Source: Nitrospirota bacterium
Lineage (GTDB): Bacteria; Nitrospirota; Thermodesulfovibrionia; Thermodesulfovibrionales; Dissulfurispiraceae
Assembly: GCA_963710375.1 (NCBI GenBank)
Contig: CAVPZX010000009.1
Span: 32,001-96,000 of the forward strand
Length of the DNA stretch: 64,000 nucleotides
Direction: 5' to 3'
Shown here piece by piece: positions 41,480-51,084 of this stretch. Numbering within the stretch: position 1 is the first letter of the stretch; every line of letters begins with the position of its first letter. A program made the position numbers and the translations under genes. The notes under the pieces were generated by a model. That model was not told the origin of the DNA and made no database searches. It worked only from the letters and a program-made list of their open reading frames with translations.

Positions 41480-42952
41480 TTACTGCGCTGACAGCGTAAC
41501 ATAAAGAACGGAGCCTCCCCGATATATGAGCAGCAGGACGTCCTGATCTGGTTTGATATGATCGGCCATTTTCTCGTAATCCTGAACCGTGTTGATTTTA
41601 TTCCTATCGATCTCGATGATTACATCGTTTCGCATAAGAACACTTCCCGCAGGAGTTCCACCCTCCACATCGGTAACTATGACACCTGTCACACGCGCCG
41701 GGATTCCCAGACCCTTCCTGATTTCAGGGGTCATGTTCTGCGCATGAATTCCCTTCAGGTGATTGTGAAATGAGCCCGATGCTGTTTGTCCCGTAGATGG
41801 CAGTTCAGCGATATCGACTTTTACCTGTTTAGTTTTACCGTCACGGACAATATCGAGCAGGACCTCTTTGCCTACAGGAGTGCTCGCAGTCGTATTTTTC
41901 AACTGCGCCGGATCATTCACCGGGGTACCGTCATACTTGATAATCACATCGCCCCGCTTCAGCCCCGCTTTTTCTGCCGGGCTGCCTTCCACAACATCTC
42001 CGACCAGTGCGCCGCCTTGTTCCTTTAACCCAAACTGTTTAGCAATTTCAGGCGTTAGCGCCTGCACGGAAACCCCCAGCCAACCTCTCACCACTTTGCC
42101 GTTTTTTATAAGGGACTCCATGACGGTTTTTGCCATATTGCTCGGTATGGCAAAGCCGATCCCCTGATCGCCCCCCGATGTACTGAATATGGCGGTATTG
42201 ATGCCTATAAGCTCACCCCGAATGTTTACCAGCGCCCCTCCGGAGTTTCCGGGATTGATCGGCGCATCGGTCTGAATAAAATCCTCGTAATCCGCTATGC
42301 CCATGTTTGCCCTGCCGGTGGCGCTCACAATTCCTGATGTCACTGTCTGGTTAAGACCAAAAGGGTTCCCTATAGCTAACACCCGTTGTCCTACCCGGAG
42401 CCTGTCGGAGTCTCCTATATTTAACACCGGCAGATGATCGGAATTGATCTTGATAACCGCTATATCAGTCTTCTGGTCAGTACCGATCACTTTGCCTTTG
42501 AACTCCCTGCCGTCAGACAGCTTGATCTTGATCTCATCAGCGTCCTTCACCACATGGTTGTTCGTGAGAATGTAGCCTGCTCTATCGATGATGACTCCCG
42601 AACCGAGGCTCGCCTGCTTGTGCTCTCTGGGACCGTTTGCATTTCCAAAGGCGTTGCCAAAAAATTGCCTGAAGAAAGGATCATTGAAAAAAGGATTCAT
42701 TATCCCGGGTGTCTTTATTGTTCTGGTGGTCGAAACGTTTACAACAGCCGGCTTTGCAGCAGCAGCGACCTCTGCCATAGCCTCGTCAGTCTTCGAGAGG
42801 ATATCGACCGCCTCTTTGGATATCCTGGGCTCTTCCGAATATGCCTTTGCATGAATTCCCATACTCGACGAAATGCCGAGTCCGAGGACCAGCCCCAAGA
42901 TTGTGAACAACGCAGCAATAGCATATGTTTTCTTGTTGATTAGTCTGCTCAT
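41480..42952 (-). CDS. degP: DegP/DegQ (HtrA) serine protease with two PDZ domains
   Basis: Signal/TM anchor, LTNNHVV, DIAV, INPGNSGG, two PDZ domains. Confidence 0.93.
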   Translation of the reverse strand: MSRLINKKTYAIAALFTILGLVLGLGISSSMGIHAKAYSEEPRISKEAVDILSKTDEAMAEVAAAAKPAVVNVSTTRTIKTPGIMNPFFNDPFFRQFFGNAFGNANGPREHKQASLGSGVIIDRAGYILTNNHVVKDADEIKIKLSDGREFKGKVIGTDQKTDIAVIKINSDHLPVLNIGDSDRLRVGQRVLAIGNPFGLNQTVTSGIVSATGRANMGIADYEDFIQTDAPINPGNSGGALVNIRGELIGINTAIFSTSGGDQGIGFAIPSNMAKTVMESLIKNGKVVRGWLGVSVQALTPEIAKQFGLKEQGGALVGDVVEGSPAEKAGLKRGDVIIKYDGTPVNDPAQLKNTTASTPVGKEVLLDIVRDGKTKQVKVDIAELPSTGQTASGSFHNHLKGIHAQNMTPEIRKGLGIPARVTGVIVTDVEGGTPAGSVLMRNDVIIEIDRNKINTVQDYEKMADHIKPDQDVLLLIYRGGSVLYVTLSAQ

Positions 42953-42998
42953 TGTTTAACCTCCAGTATTAAATGTGATTTAGATCCATATATCTCCG

Positions 42999-43595
42999 CT
43001 ATACACGCAGAAGATTCAGCGAGCGGTTGTGTTCATTTCTCCAGTTTTCGAGCCATACCCTTACATCAGCTAATGAGGAGAGGCGTTTCCCATTGGAGAT
43101 GTCCTTTATCAACTCTTCGCTGAACGATATGCCATATCCATTATACCCGTACCTTTTCAACTCCACAAAAGGGCAGTTAATTTCGAGCTTCTCGATCCAT
43201 TCGCAAATGGCTTTCGGTATTGCGGCATTGTCATTGAACGCAAAAAGATACCGAGGGATGCCTCTTTGCAGAAAAAGGCTGAATAACTCATCTATTACAT
43301 TTTGAGCGCTTATACTGTGTGCGGCCAGACAGCGCAAATATTCCTGTGTATATTCATCGATGACACTAAATATCCAGATCAGCTGTCCGTGATTTGTCAC
43401 CATCGATATTAAATGGTAACTCCATACACTGTTTCTTGACTGCGGATAGTGTTTTACGCAAGATCTCTTTTGTTTAGAAGCATTGCTGTCAAATGCTATT
43501 TGATGCTTGCTGCAAATGCGGGGCGATTTTCGTGATTTCAAGCCCAAAACATTCTCAGTTTCTATATATGCACTGTATGCTCCATTTTTTCTCAT
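42999..43595 (-). CDS. IS3-family integrase-core (rve) homolog lacking the DDE catalytic residues
   Basis: VWSY...VIDEYT...LF..RG.P...NGY..SF...WR...N pattern of IS3 OrfB; uninterrupted ORF with GGAGGAGG RBS. Confidence 0.7.
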   Translation of the reverse strand: MRKNGAYSAYIETENVLGLKSRKSPRICSKHQIAFDSNASKQKRSCVKHYPQSRNSVWSYHLISMVTNHGQLIWIFSVIDEYTQEYLRCLAAHSISAQNVIDELFSLFLQRGIPRYLFAFNDNAAIPKAICEWIEKLEINCPFVELKRYGYNGYGISFSEELIKDISNGKRLSSLADVRVWLENWRNEHNRSLNLLRV

Positions 43596-43864
43596 AATAC
43601 CTCCTCCGTCTAAGACACATTTATATTTAAAAGCAGCGGCGCAAGCATGAAGGAAGATACACCGCGATTAATGTCTCACCTATGTTTTACCGGAAAGCTG
43701 TACCGCGAACAGCCTTTTCTAAAGTCACGGAATATCCCTGTATACGGACACATTTCATTTCGATAAAAGTAATCAGTGATGACAAATAAGTTTCCGGTGA
43801 CCTGAAAACTCTTATCTCTTAGTCTGACCTTCCGGTCAAATGTAACTGTTTCCGGATAGAAGTG

Positions 43865-44287
43865 CTATGCAAAAGGAGGGGAACGCCTTGAAAAAGACAG
43901 TAGGAAGTCTTGCTGGCATGCCGATGACGGAAGAATTACCCATGAACATCGGCTGTATAAATTCATGTTGTACTCTGCAAACGTTGCAGTATTGTTCAAT
44001 AGTATTATTTTTGTGATCCAGTCTTCCTCAGGGATCATATGCCGCACGCGAACAACTTTTCGGAAAAAAGCATGGGCGGCCCTATCGATCTTTTTCAGGA
44101 ATTCAGAATCAAAATAACTGTCGATGAAACCAAGATGGTCTTCAGATAACAGAGATAATGCCCTGTTCAGCTGGAGATTCTCGTCCTGACCTTTTTTACA
44201 GTAGGCAACTGAAACCGGTAACACCAGACTCACAGCTAAACAAATCAGAAACAGCCGGCCAATGTTATACTTACACCGCAATCGCAT
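43865..44287 (-). CDS. Hypothetical exported protein ending in RSPP (candidate arrest/leader peptide)
   Basis: Basic plus hydrophobic N-terminus; C-terminus FSRRSPPFA; GAGG RBS; own promoter copy. Confidence 0.6.
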   Translation of the reverse strand: MRLRCKYNIGRLFLICLAVSLVLPVSVAYCKKGQDENLQLNRALSLLSEDHLGFIDSYFDSEFLKKIDRAAHAFFRKVVRVRHMIPEEDWITKIILLNNTATFAEYNMNLYSRCSWVILPSSACQQDFLLSFSRRSPPFA

Positions 44288-44340
44288 ATAAACTAAACCT
44301 CACAGTTGCATTTGAACAAATTTCTCGATTTCAGCCTGAT

Positions 44341-44379
44341 GTCATTATATGAAATCAAAGATTACAGGAAGATGAATAC
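44341..44379 (-). promoter_or_regulatory. Response-regulator-dependent promoter, copy 1
   Basis: Minus strand GTATTCATCTTCCTGTAATC...ATTTCA-TATAAT-GAC. Confidence 0.7.
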
Positions 44380-44438
44380 ATGTTCAAAAAAGAGGTTACT
44401 GTCAGACCTTGCGATTCCCGGGAGCTGCGGGTAGATTT

Positions 44439-45863
44439 TTAAATGTAGGTGGCATCTCTGTCTTCTTTCAGATATACGGACACTGTGCTGCCCTCATCCA
44501 CTTTGCTTTTTATCTCTATCCTGCCGTTATGCAATTTAACTATTTCATTGCAGATGCTAAGCCCTAAGCCGGAGCCGCCACTCTCCCGTGATCGGGATTT
44601 GTCCACGCGATAAAAGCGGTCAAATACTTTAGCCAGGTCATTCTCCGGGATGCCGATTCCCGTATCCCTTATTTCGGTCACAGTTAAGTCGGGTTCTTTT
44701 ATGAGATTAATATATATTTTCCCATGAGGCACATTATATTTTATGGCATTGCCTATAAGGTTATTAAACAGCTCGGATAATAATGAGCGGTCTCCAAGAA
44801 CTACAAGCGGATCTGCTGGAGATATATCTATGCTGACTCCTTTATGTTCCGCAAGAGGACTTAACAGTTTTACCGACTCGCTTATAATTTCGATCAGATT
44901 AATCCTTTCGAACCTAAGCTCGAATTTATACGCGCTCAGTTTGGCAATTGTAAGCAGTTTCCGGACTATTTCAGACATCATCATTGCCGCTTCCTTGATA
45001 GCGGAGAGGCTATTGCGGTATTCACCGGCGGTTCTATCCTTCCTGAGCGTTATCTCGCTCTGGCTCAAGATTACTGACAGCGGTGTCCTGAGCTCATGAG
45101 AGGCGTCCGCAGCAAATTCTTTCTGACGGATGAAGGCCATCTCCAGCCTGTCAAAAGTGCGGTTAAAAGAAGACGCGAGGATCCTTAATTCCTGCGGAAT
45201 GTCCTCTATGGATATTCTTTCAGAGAGGTTTGATTCTGAAATTTTATCTATTGTCTCAGAAATGTTTTTTATGGGGGTAAGTGCCCTGCGTGCGATTAAT
45301 AATCCTCCCGATGCTGAAACTACAACGATGGAAAGGATGGAGAGAAAAAGGGTGATCCTGTAGCGTTTCATGAGATTAACCTGATATCTTATATCCTCAG
45401 CGCACTGGATAACCAGGCTTTCTTCTTTATTTTCTGACATATCCAGTTCGCCTTTTTCAATAGGAACATAAAAATTTATAAGCCTTGCAGGACGTCTTCC
45501 CAACCTGACAAATTCAAAACCTGTCTGCCGGTCAAGTGTGGGAACAGGGAGGTCCCTGTTCCCCAGGGATGTCGACTTCTCTATAGTTGTTCCATCGAGT
45601 CGGCGTATTTGGAAAAAACTTCCGGATTTCGGAGAATTGTATTCCCACATTATCTCGTCTGAAAACCTGAATCTTGTTTTATCCCCGACATCCAGGCTTA
45701 CCAGCGTGGCCAGCGCCGTTGCCTTGGACAAAAGGTTCGCGTCAACCGAATCATAGACAATTTTGCTTAGGCTGAAATACAGCAATGCCCCGAGTACTGA
45801 TAGGGTCAGAAAGAGGACAGCCATATAGAATATGATAATTTTTGCCTTTATAGAAGAAAACAT
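44439..45863 (-). CDS. OmpR-class sensor histidine kinase (CusS/heavy-metal-sensor-like)
   Basis: TM-periplasmic-TM-HAMP, ASHELRTPL, NAIKY, FDRFYR, GSGLGL. Confidence 0.92.
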   Translation of the reverse strand: MFSSIKAKIIIFYMAVLFLTLSVLGALLYFSLSKIVYDSVDANLLSKATALATLVSLDVGDKTRFRFSDEIMWEYNSPKSGSFFQIRRLDGTTIEKSTSLGNRDLPVPTLDRQTGFEFVRLGRRPARLINFYVPIEKGELDMSENKEESLVIQCAEDIRYQVNLMKRYRITLFLSILSIVVVSASGGLLIARRALTPIKNISETIDKISESNLSERISIEDIPQELRILASSFNRTFDRLEMAFIRQKEFAADASHELRTPLSVILSQSEITLRKDRTAGEYRNSLSAIKEAAMMMSEIVRKLLTIAKLSAYKFELRFERINLIEIISESVKLLSPLAEHKGVSIDISPADPLVVLGDRSLLSELFNNLIGNAIKYNVPHGKIYINLIKEPDLTVTEIRDTGIGIPENDLAKVFDRFYRVDKSRSRESGGSGLGLSICNEIVKLHNGRIEIKSKVDEGSTVSVYLKEDRDATYI

Positions 45864-45864
45864 C

Positions 45865-46533
45865 TTAACCCCTTAACATATAACCGGCTCCACGCACAGT
45901 ATGGATGAGCCCTTTGTGGAACCCTTTATCAATTTTTGTCCTTATGCGGTTAATAAAAACATCAATGACATTGCTGTCGAGGTTGAAATCCTGGTCATAA
46001 AGATGCTCTGTCAGGGATGTTCTGTTCAGGACCTTATTTTTATTAAGTGCCATGTATTCAAGCAGGGCATATTCTTTAGCAGAGAGTGAGATATTCTTTC
46101 CGCTTCTCGTTACCTCATGAGTTGCCATGTTAATGACAAGGTCTCCAATCTCCATTATGGATGTCTTAACCTCGGAACTTCTTCTTAACAATGCCCGTAT
46201 GCGTGCCAGAAGCTCTTCAAACAGAAATGGTTTTGTCAGGTAGTCATCCGCGCCGCTGTCCAGCCCCGAGACCTTATCAAATAATGCATCCCTGGCTGTC
46301 AACATAAGAACAGGAGACTTAACACCTCTCTTGCGGACTTTTTTGAGAATCGTCATCCCATCGACAATTGGCAGCATTATATCCAGGAGTATAAGGTCAT
46401 ATGGCTCATTTTCAGCCAGGAAAAGACCGTCTTCGCCGTTGTATGCAACGTCTACGGCATATCCTTCCTCACCGAGCCCCTGCTTGATTACGTCAGCAAG
46501 CGGTTTTTCATCTTCAACAATAAGTATGCGCAT
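45865..46533 (-). CDS. OmpR-family response regulator (CusR/CopR-like)
   Basis: MRILIVEDE, LDIMLP, GADDYLTKPF, TVRGAGY. Confidence 0.93.
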   Translation of the reverse strand: MRILIVEDEKPLADVIKQGLGEEGYAVDVAYNGEDGLFLAENEPYDLILLDIMLPIVDGMTILKKVRKRGVKSPVLMLTARDALFDKVSGLDSGADDYLTKPFLFEELLARIRALLRRSSEVKTSIMEIGDLVINMATHEVTRSGKNISLSAKEYALLEYMALNKNKVLNRTSLTEHLYDQDFNLDSNVIDVFINRIRTKIDKGFHKGLIHTVRGAGYMLRG

Positions 46534-46595
46534 AAGAATATTATCTGCTTTTATCATGTCTGTTTACAACAAGTTTTCTCAAAAATACCGGGCAA

Positions 46596-46634
46596 GTCAG
46601 TATATGAAATAATTGATTACAGGAAGATGAATAC
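46596..46634 (-). promoter_or_regulatory. Response-regulator-dependent promoter, copy 2 (autoregulatory)
   Basis: Minus strand GTATTCATCTTCCTGTAATC...ATTTCA-TATACT-GAC. Confidence 0.7.
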
Positions 46635-46697
46635 GGATCAAACAGAAAATGACAAAGATTTCCAAGACCTGTTTAGACGGGGCAGAACCAGGATTTG

Positions 46698-46740
46698 AAA
46701 AAAAGGGGGCCGTGGATATAAGCTACAGCCCCCTTATTTT
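46698..46740 (-). terminator. Intrinsic terminator of ppdK
   Basis: Minus strand AAGGGGGCTGTAG-cttatat-CCACGGCCCCC-TTTTTTT. Confidence 0.8.
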
Positions 46741-46762
46741 GTCGTAACCACTTGAAACAAAA

Positions 46763-49534
46763 CTATTTTTTCAGCGCGGCCTGCGCAGCTGCGAATCTGG
46801 CGATCGGCACTCTGTATGGAGAGCAGCTGACGTAATCAAGACCGATTTCATGGCAGAATGCAACAGACTTCGGTTCCCCGCCATGCTCGCCGCATATTCC
46901 TATTTTAAGATCTTTCCTGGCCTTTCTTCCTTTTTCCACAGCCATGCGCATAAAAGGCCCGACGCCTTCCTGGTCAATAGTAATGAAAGGATCTTCTTTC
47001 AATATGCCGCCCTCAATATAAAACGGCAGGAACCCTCCTGCATCGTCTCTGGACAATCCATAAACTGTTTGAGTAAGATCGTTCGTTCCAAAAGAAAAGA
47101 AATCGGCGTATACCGCAATCTCGTCCGATGTCACGCAGGCACGCGGCAATTCTATCATTGTCCCCACCGTGTACCGGACTTTGACTTTATATTCTTTCTG
47201 CACGCGGTCTGCAGTAGAAATAGTCAATGCCCTGAGCCGCTCAAGTTCATTCACATGGCCAACAAGCGGGATCATGATCTCTGTAATGACCTTTACCTTC
47301 TCCCTGGCAAGCTCGCAGGCTGCTTCCATAATGGCCTGCACCTGCATCTCGTATATTTCAGGATAAGTAACGCCTAGTCGGCAGCCGCGGTGCCCGAGCA
47401 TTGGATTAAACTCATGCAAAAACTTGTTCTTTACATTCAGCCGTTCAAAAGTAACCCCCATTTCCGCTGAAAGCTCATGGAGTTCCGAGTCGGTATTGGG
47501 AAGGAACTCGTGAAGCGGCGGATCAAGAAGTCTGATAGTGACCGGCAGGCCTGCCATAGCCTTGAATATGCCGATAAAATCAGCCTTCTGGAATGGCAGA
47601 AGTTTTGCCAGTGCCCGTTTTCTCCCTTCGACAGTGTCCGAAAGAATCATCTCCCTGACTGCCCGTATGCGGTCCGGGCCAAAGAACATGTGCTCTGTTC
47701 TGCACAAGCCTATTCCCTGAGCACCGAAATTTCTCGCAACAGCGGCATCGTTCGGTGTGTCGGCATTAGTCCGCACTCTTAAAGTTCTGAACTGGTCTGC
47801 CCACTTCATCAATTCCTTGTACCAGGGGTTGCTATCGGGGTCAGCGGGCATAAGCGGGAGTTTCCCTTCGTAGACACGGCCTTTAGTCCCGTCAAGCGTT
47901 ATCCATTCCCCTTCCCTGTAAATTTTACCGTTTACACTCATCTCTTTTTTATGCGCATCGATTTCCAGCGCTGATGCTCCGACAATACAGCACTTGCCCC
48001 ATCCCCTCGCAACAAGTGCTGCGTGGCTGGTCATTCCGCCCCTTGCCGTCAGGATCGCCTCCGCTGCATGCATGCCGTGGACGTCCTCAGGCGAAGTTTC
48101 GTTTCTCACCAATATGACAAGCTCTCCCCTCTTGGCCCATGCCGCTGCATCATCGGCGGTGAAAACTATTTTCCCCTCGGCGCCGCCCGGACCTGCAGGA
48201 AGACCCTTTGCTATTTCCACGGCCTTATTCTCTGCTGCAGTATCGACGCTGGGGTGCAAGAGCTCATCAAGCTGGTCGGGTTTCACTCGCAAAAGAGCGG
48301 TCTCCCTTGTAATAAGCTTTTGTTTTGCCATTTCAACAGCCATGCGTATAGCAGCCTGCCCGGTACGTTTGCCGACTCTTGTCTGAAGCATCCAGAGCCT
48401 TCCGTCCTGTATTGTAAATTCAATGTCCTGCATGTTCCTGTAATGTTTTTCGAGCTTCTTCTGAATGACAAATAATTCCTTATAGAGTTTCGGCATGCTC
48501 TCCTCAAGAGATTGGAGGTGTATGGTATCTTCAGTCTTTCCTGCCTTGTTCACAGGGTTGGGTGTCCTGATGCCGGCTACAACATCTTCACCCTGGGCAT
48601 TAGGAAGCCATTCTCCGAAGAACATGTCCTCTCCAGTTGCAGGATTTCTTGTAAAAGCAACGCCCGTAGCAGAATTATCTCCGGTATTTCCGAAAACCAT
48701 TGACTGGACGGTGACTGCGGTCCCCCAGTCCTCCGGTATTTTCTCAATCCTCCTGTATGCAATGGCCCGCTTACCCATCCATGATTGGAAAACACCGCCG
48801 ATACCGCCCCAGAGCTGCTCCCTGGGGTCATCAGGGAAATCTTGTTTAAGCGTGTCCTTTACAATAACCTTGAACTGATCACAAAGCTTTTTCAGGTCAT
48901 CAACTGTAAGATCGGTATCGCTCTTGTATCCCTTCTCTTTTTTCACCACTTCAAGTGCATGGTCCAGCTTATAACGAACTGCTTGGTCCTCCCTGGCAGG
49001 CTCTAACCCGGCTGCCTTCTCCATGACCACATCGGAATACATCATAATCAGGCGGCGGTATGCATCAAATACAAAACGTTCGTTACCAGTCCTTTTTATA
49101 AGCCCAGGAATTGTTTTTGATGTCAAGCCGACATTAAGCACCGTATCCATCATACCAGGCATCGATCTGCGGGCCCCGGAACGGACCGATACAAGGAGAG
49201 GGTCTTCCACATCTCCGAATTTTTTCCCGATGATTTTTTCGACTTTTGCCAGCGCGGTCTCTACCTGAGACACTAACTCAGAGGGATATTTTCTGTTGTT
49301 TTTGTAATAAAGCGTACAAACTTCAGTGGTTAGAGTGAAACCAGGAGGTACAGGAATACCGAGGTTGACCATCTCTGCAACGTTGGCGCCCTTGCCACCC
49401 AGCAGGTTATTCATAGCAGACTTTCCGTCAGCCTTACCCGCTCCGAAAGAATAAACGTACTTATTCCCCTTTACTTTTTTTGCACTCTTCGCAGTCCGCA
49501 CACTCTTTTTAGACCTCTTACCGACTGTTGCCAT
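46763..49534 (-). CDS. ppdK: Pyruvate, phosphate dikinase
   Basis: LLGGKGAN, LVSVRSGA, GGMTSHAA, FSFGTNDLTQ, GICGEHGG. Confidence 0.98.
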   Translation of the reverse strand: MATVGKRSKKSVRTAKSAKKVKGNKYVYSFGAGKADGKSAMNNLLGGKGANVAEMVNLGIPVPPGFTLTTEVCTLYYKNNRKYPSELVSQVETALAKVEKIIGKKFGDVEDPLLVSVRSGARRSMPGMMDTVLNVGLTSKTIPGLIKRTGNERFVFDAYRRLIMMYSDVVMEKAAGLEPAREDQAVRYKLDHALEVVKKEKGYKSDTDLTVDDLKKLCDQFKVIVKDTLKQDFPDDPREQLWGGIGGVFQSWMGKRAIAYRRIEKIPEDWGTAVTVQSMVFGNTGDNSATGVAFTRNPATGEDMFFGEWLPNAQGEDVVAGIRTPNPVNKAGKTEDTIHLQSLEESMPKLYKELFVIQKKLEKHYRNMQDIEFTIQDGRLWMLQTRVGKRTGQAAIRMAVEMAKQKLITRETALLRVKPDQLDELLHPSVDTAAENKAVEIAKGLPAGPGGAEGKIVFTADDAAAWAKRGELVILVRNETSPEDVHGMHAAEAILTARGGMTSHAALVARGWGKCCIVGASALEIDAHKKEMSVNGKIYREGEWITLDGTKGRVYEGKLPLMPADPDSNPWYKELMKWADQFRTLRVRTNADTPNDAAVARNFGAQGIGLCRTEHMFFGPDRIRAVREMILSDTVEGRKRALAKLLPFQKADFIGIFKAMAGLPVTIRLLDPPLHEFLPNTDSELHELSAEMGVTFERLNVKNKFLHEFNPMLGHRGCRLGVTYPEIYEMQVQAIMEAACELAREKVKVITEIMIPLVGHVNELERLRALTISTADRVQKEYKVKVRYTVGTMIELPRACVTSDEIAVYADFFSFGTNDLTQTVYGLSRDDAGGFLPFYIEGGILKEDPFITIDQEGVGPFMRMAVEKGRKARKDLKIGICGEHGGEPKSVAFCHEIGLDYVSCSPYRVPIARFAAAQAALKK

Positions 49535-49684
49535 CCAATCCCTCCATCCATTATTGTGATTTTATTATTCATTAAGGTAATATGAATTATAATATATATT
49601 TATAGTACATTTGTAAAAAAAAAAATTCAACAAAACATTGAAAACATCGGTAGTGACTTTTTTCGGCAGATATTGTCCGGACAG

Positions 49685-50653
49685 TCATGGGCAGGCAATC
49701 TTCAGCCCGCTCTGCCTGATCAGCTCCAGATCATCACCAAAAGTCCTGCCTGTAGTGGTAAGGTAATTTCCTGTAAGGACAGCATCCGCGCCTGCCATAA
49801 ATACCAGACAGTGGAACTCATTGAGTGCCTGCACCCTGCCGCCGCATACACGTATCTGTTTGTCGGGCAGAATAAACCGGTAAAGACTGATAATTTTAAG
49901 TGCCTCCAGCGGACGTAGCACCGCTTGCTCACCCAGCGGAGTGCCCTGGACCGGTATAAGAAAATTTATAGGCACAGAGTCAACGTCAAGCGCTCTTAGC
50001 GCAAACGCCATATCAACTCTGTCCTGCCACGTCTCACCAATGCCGAAAATGCCTCCAGAGCATACGGAAAGCCCTGCGGACAGCGCCGCTTCAACCGTTT
50101 TCAGCTTTTCATGGTATGTATGGGTGCTGCAAATTTCCGGGAAGAAATTTTCGGATGTTTCAAGATTATGATGATACCTCACAAGGCCGCATGCCCTGAG
50201 ATATGATAGTTCCTCTTTGTCAAGAAGCCCCAGGGTAGCACAAGGCAAAAGGCCGGTGCGCCTTACTTCCCGCACCATGCTGCCCATTTTGGTTAGTTCA
50301 TTATTGCTGACCTTTCTGCCACTCGTGACAATGCAGAACCTCTTAACCCCTGCGTTCCTTGCCTCCATTGCCTTTTCAATAATTTTACTTTCCTCAAGGA
50401 GCGGATAGACCGCGACACCCGTTCTGACCTTCGATGACTGGGCGCAATATGAGCAGTCCTCTGAACACGCCCCTGATTTTGCATTGACGATAGCGCACAA
50501 ATCGATTATGTCGCCCCTGAAGCGCTGCCGTATACTGCTTGCTGCAGCAAAAAGACCGATAATAGCAGCATCCTGAAGTCCGCTAATCCAGAGGGCCTCC
50601 GAAGGTGTAATGGTCCCCCCGGCAATCACCTTATCTCTTAGGGCCTCGATCAT
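49685..50653 (-). CDS. bioB: Biotin synthase (start uncertain; ORF extends to 50704)
   Basis: NAKSGACSEDCSYCAQS, YHHNLETS, CSGGIFG, GNYLTT. Confidence 0.95.
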   Translation of the reverse strand: MIEALRDKVIAGGTITPSEALWISGLQDAAIIGLFAAASSIRQRFRGDIIDLCAIVNAKSGACSEDCSYCAQSSKVRTGVAVYPLLEESKIIEKAMEARNAGVKRFCIVTSGRKVSNNELTKMGSMVREVRRTGLLPCATLGLLDKEELSYLRACGLVRYHHNLETSENFFPEICSTHTYHEKLKTVEAALSAGLSVCSGGIFGIGETWQDRVDMAFALRALDVDSVPINFLIPVQGTPLGEQAVLRPLEALKIISLYRFILPDKQIRVCGGRVQALNEFHCLVFMAGADAVLTGNYLTTTGRTFGDDLELIRQSGLKIACP

Positions 50654-50663
50654 AAAATTACTG

Positions 50664-50939
50664 TCAATGCCTGATCTCGAAATCAGCGAGAACATCATTT
50701 CCATTTTCCCACGTCACGTCTATATCAGCAACCCTTGCTGCAGGAGGTCCCTGCCTGCATTTCAAAATGGCCTTTTCAATTGCTTCACGTGTTCCCTCAA
50801 AAACAGCCTCAACCCTGGTGTCGGGGAGATTCCTTACCCATCCGGCCAGATTCAACGTATTAGCGACATCAGAGACAAACCACCTGTAGCTCACACCCTG
50901 CACACTCCCCGAAACAAAAATATGCGCCCGCGACTTCAT
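50664..50939 (-). CDS. acyP: Acylphosphatase
   Basis: VSGSVQGVSYR, GWVRN, GPP. Confidence 0.92.
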   Translation of the reverse strand: MKSRAHIFVSGSVQGVSYRWFVSDVANTLNLAGWVRNLPDTRVEAVFEGTREAIEKAILKCRQGPPAARVADIDVTWENGNDVLADFEIRH

Positions 50940-51084
50940 CCGATATTCCCAGCCCCCTTGCATCAAACCGTATAGAATAGAATTGTAACAAAAAAACTCC
51001 GCGCATTACTATAGTATGAGAAGGGCATTGGCAGCGCCCTGCTCATACATTGCACCAAACAGCAAAAGGCTGTACAATTACATA

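Noticed and set aside
42999..43595. Active IS3 insertion sequence
   Set aside because: No catalytic DDE residues, OrfA, terminal inverted repeats or target duplication visible.
43608..43864. Non-coding stretch with recurring CCGGAA words as a known riboswitch
   Set aside because: No match to an aptamer I can recognise; kept only as context for the RSPP leader hypothesis.
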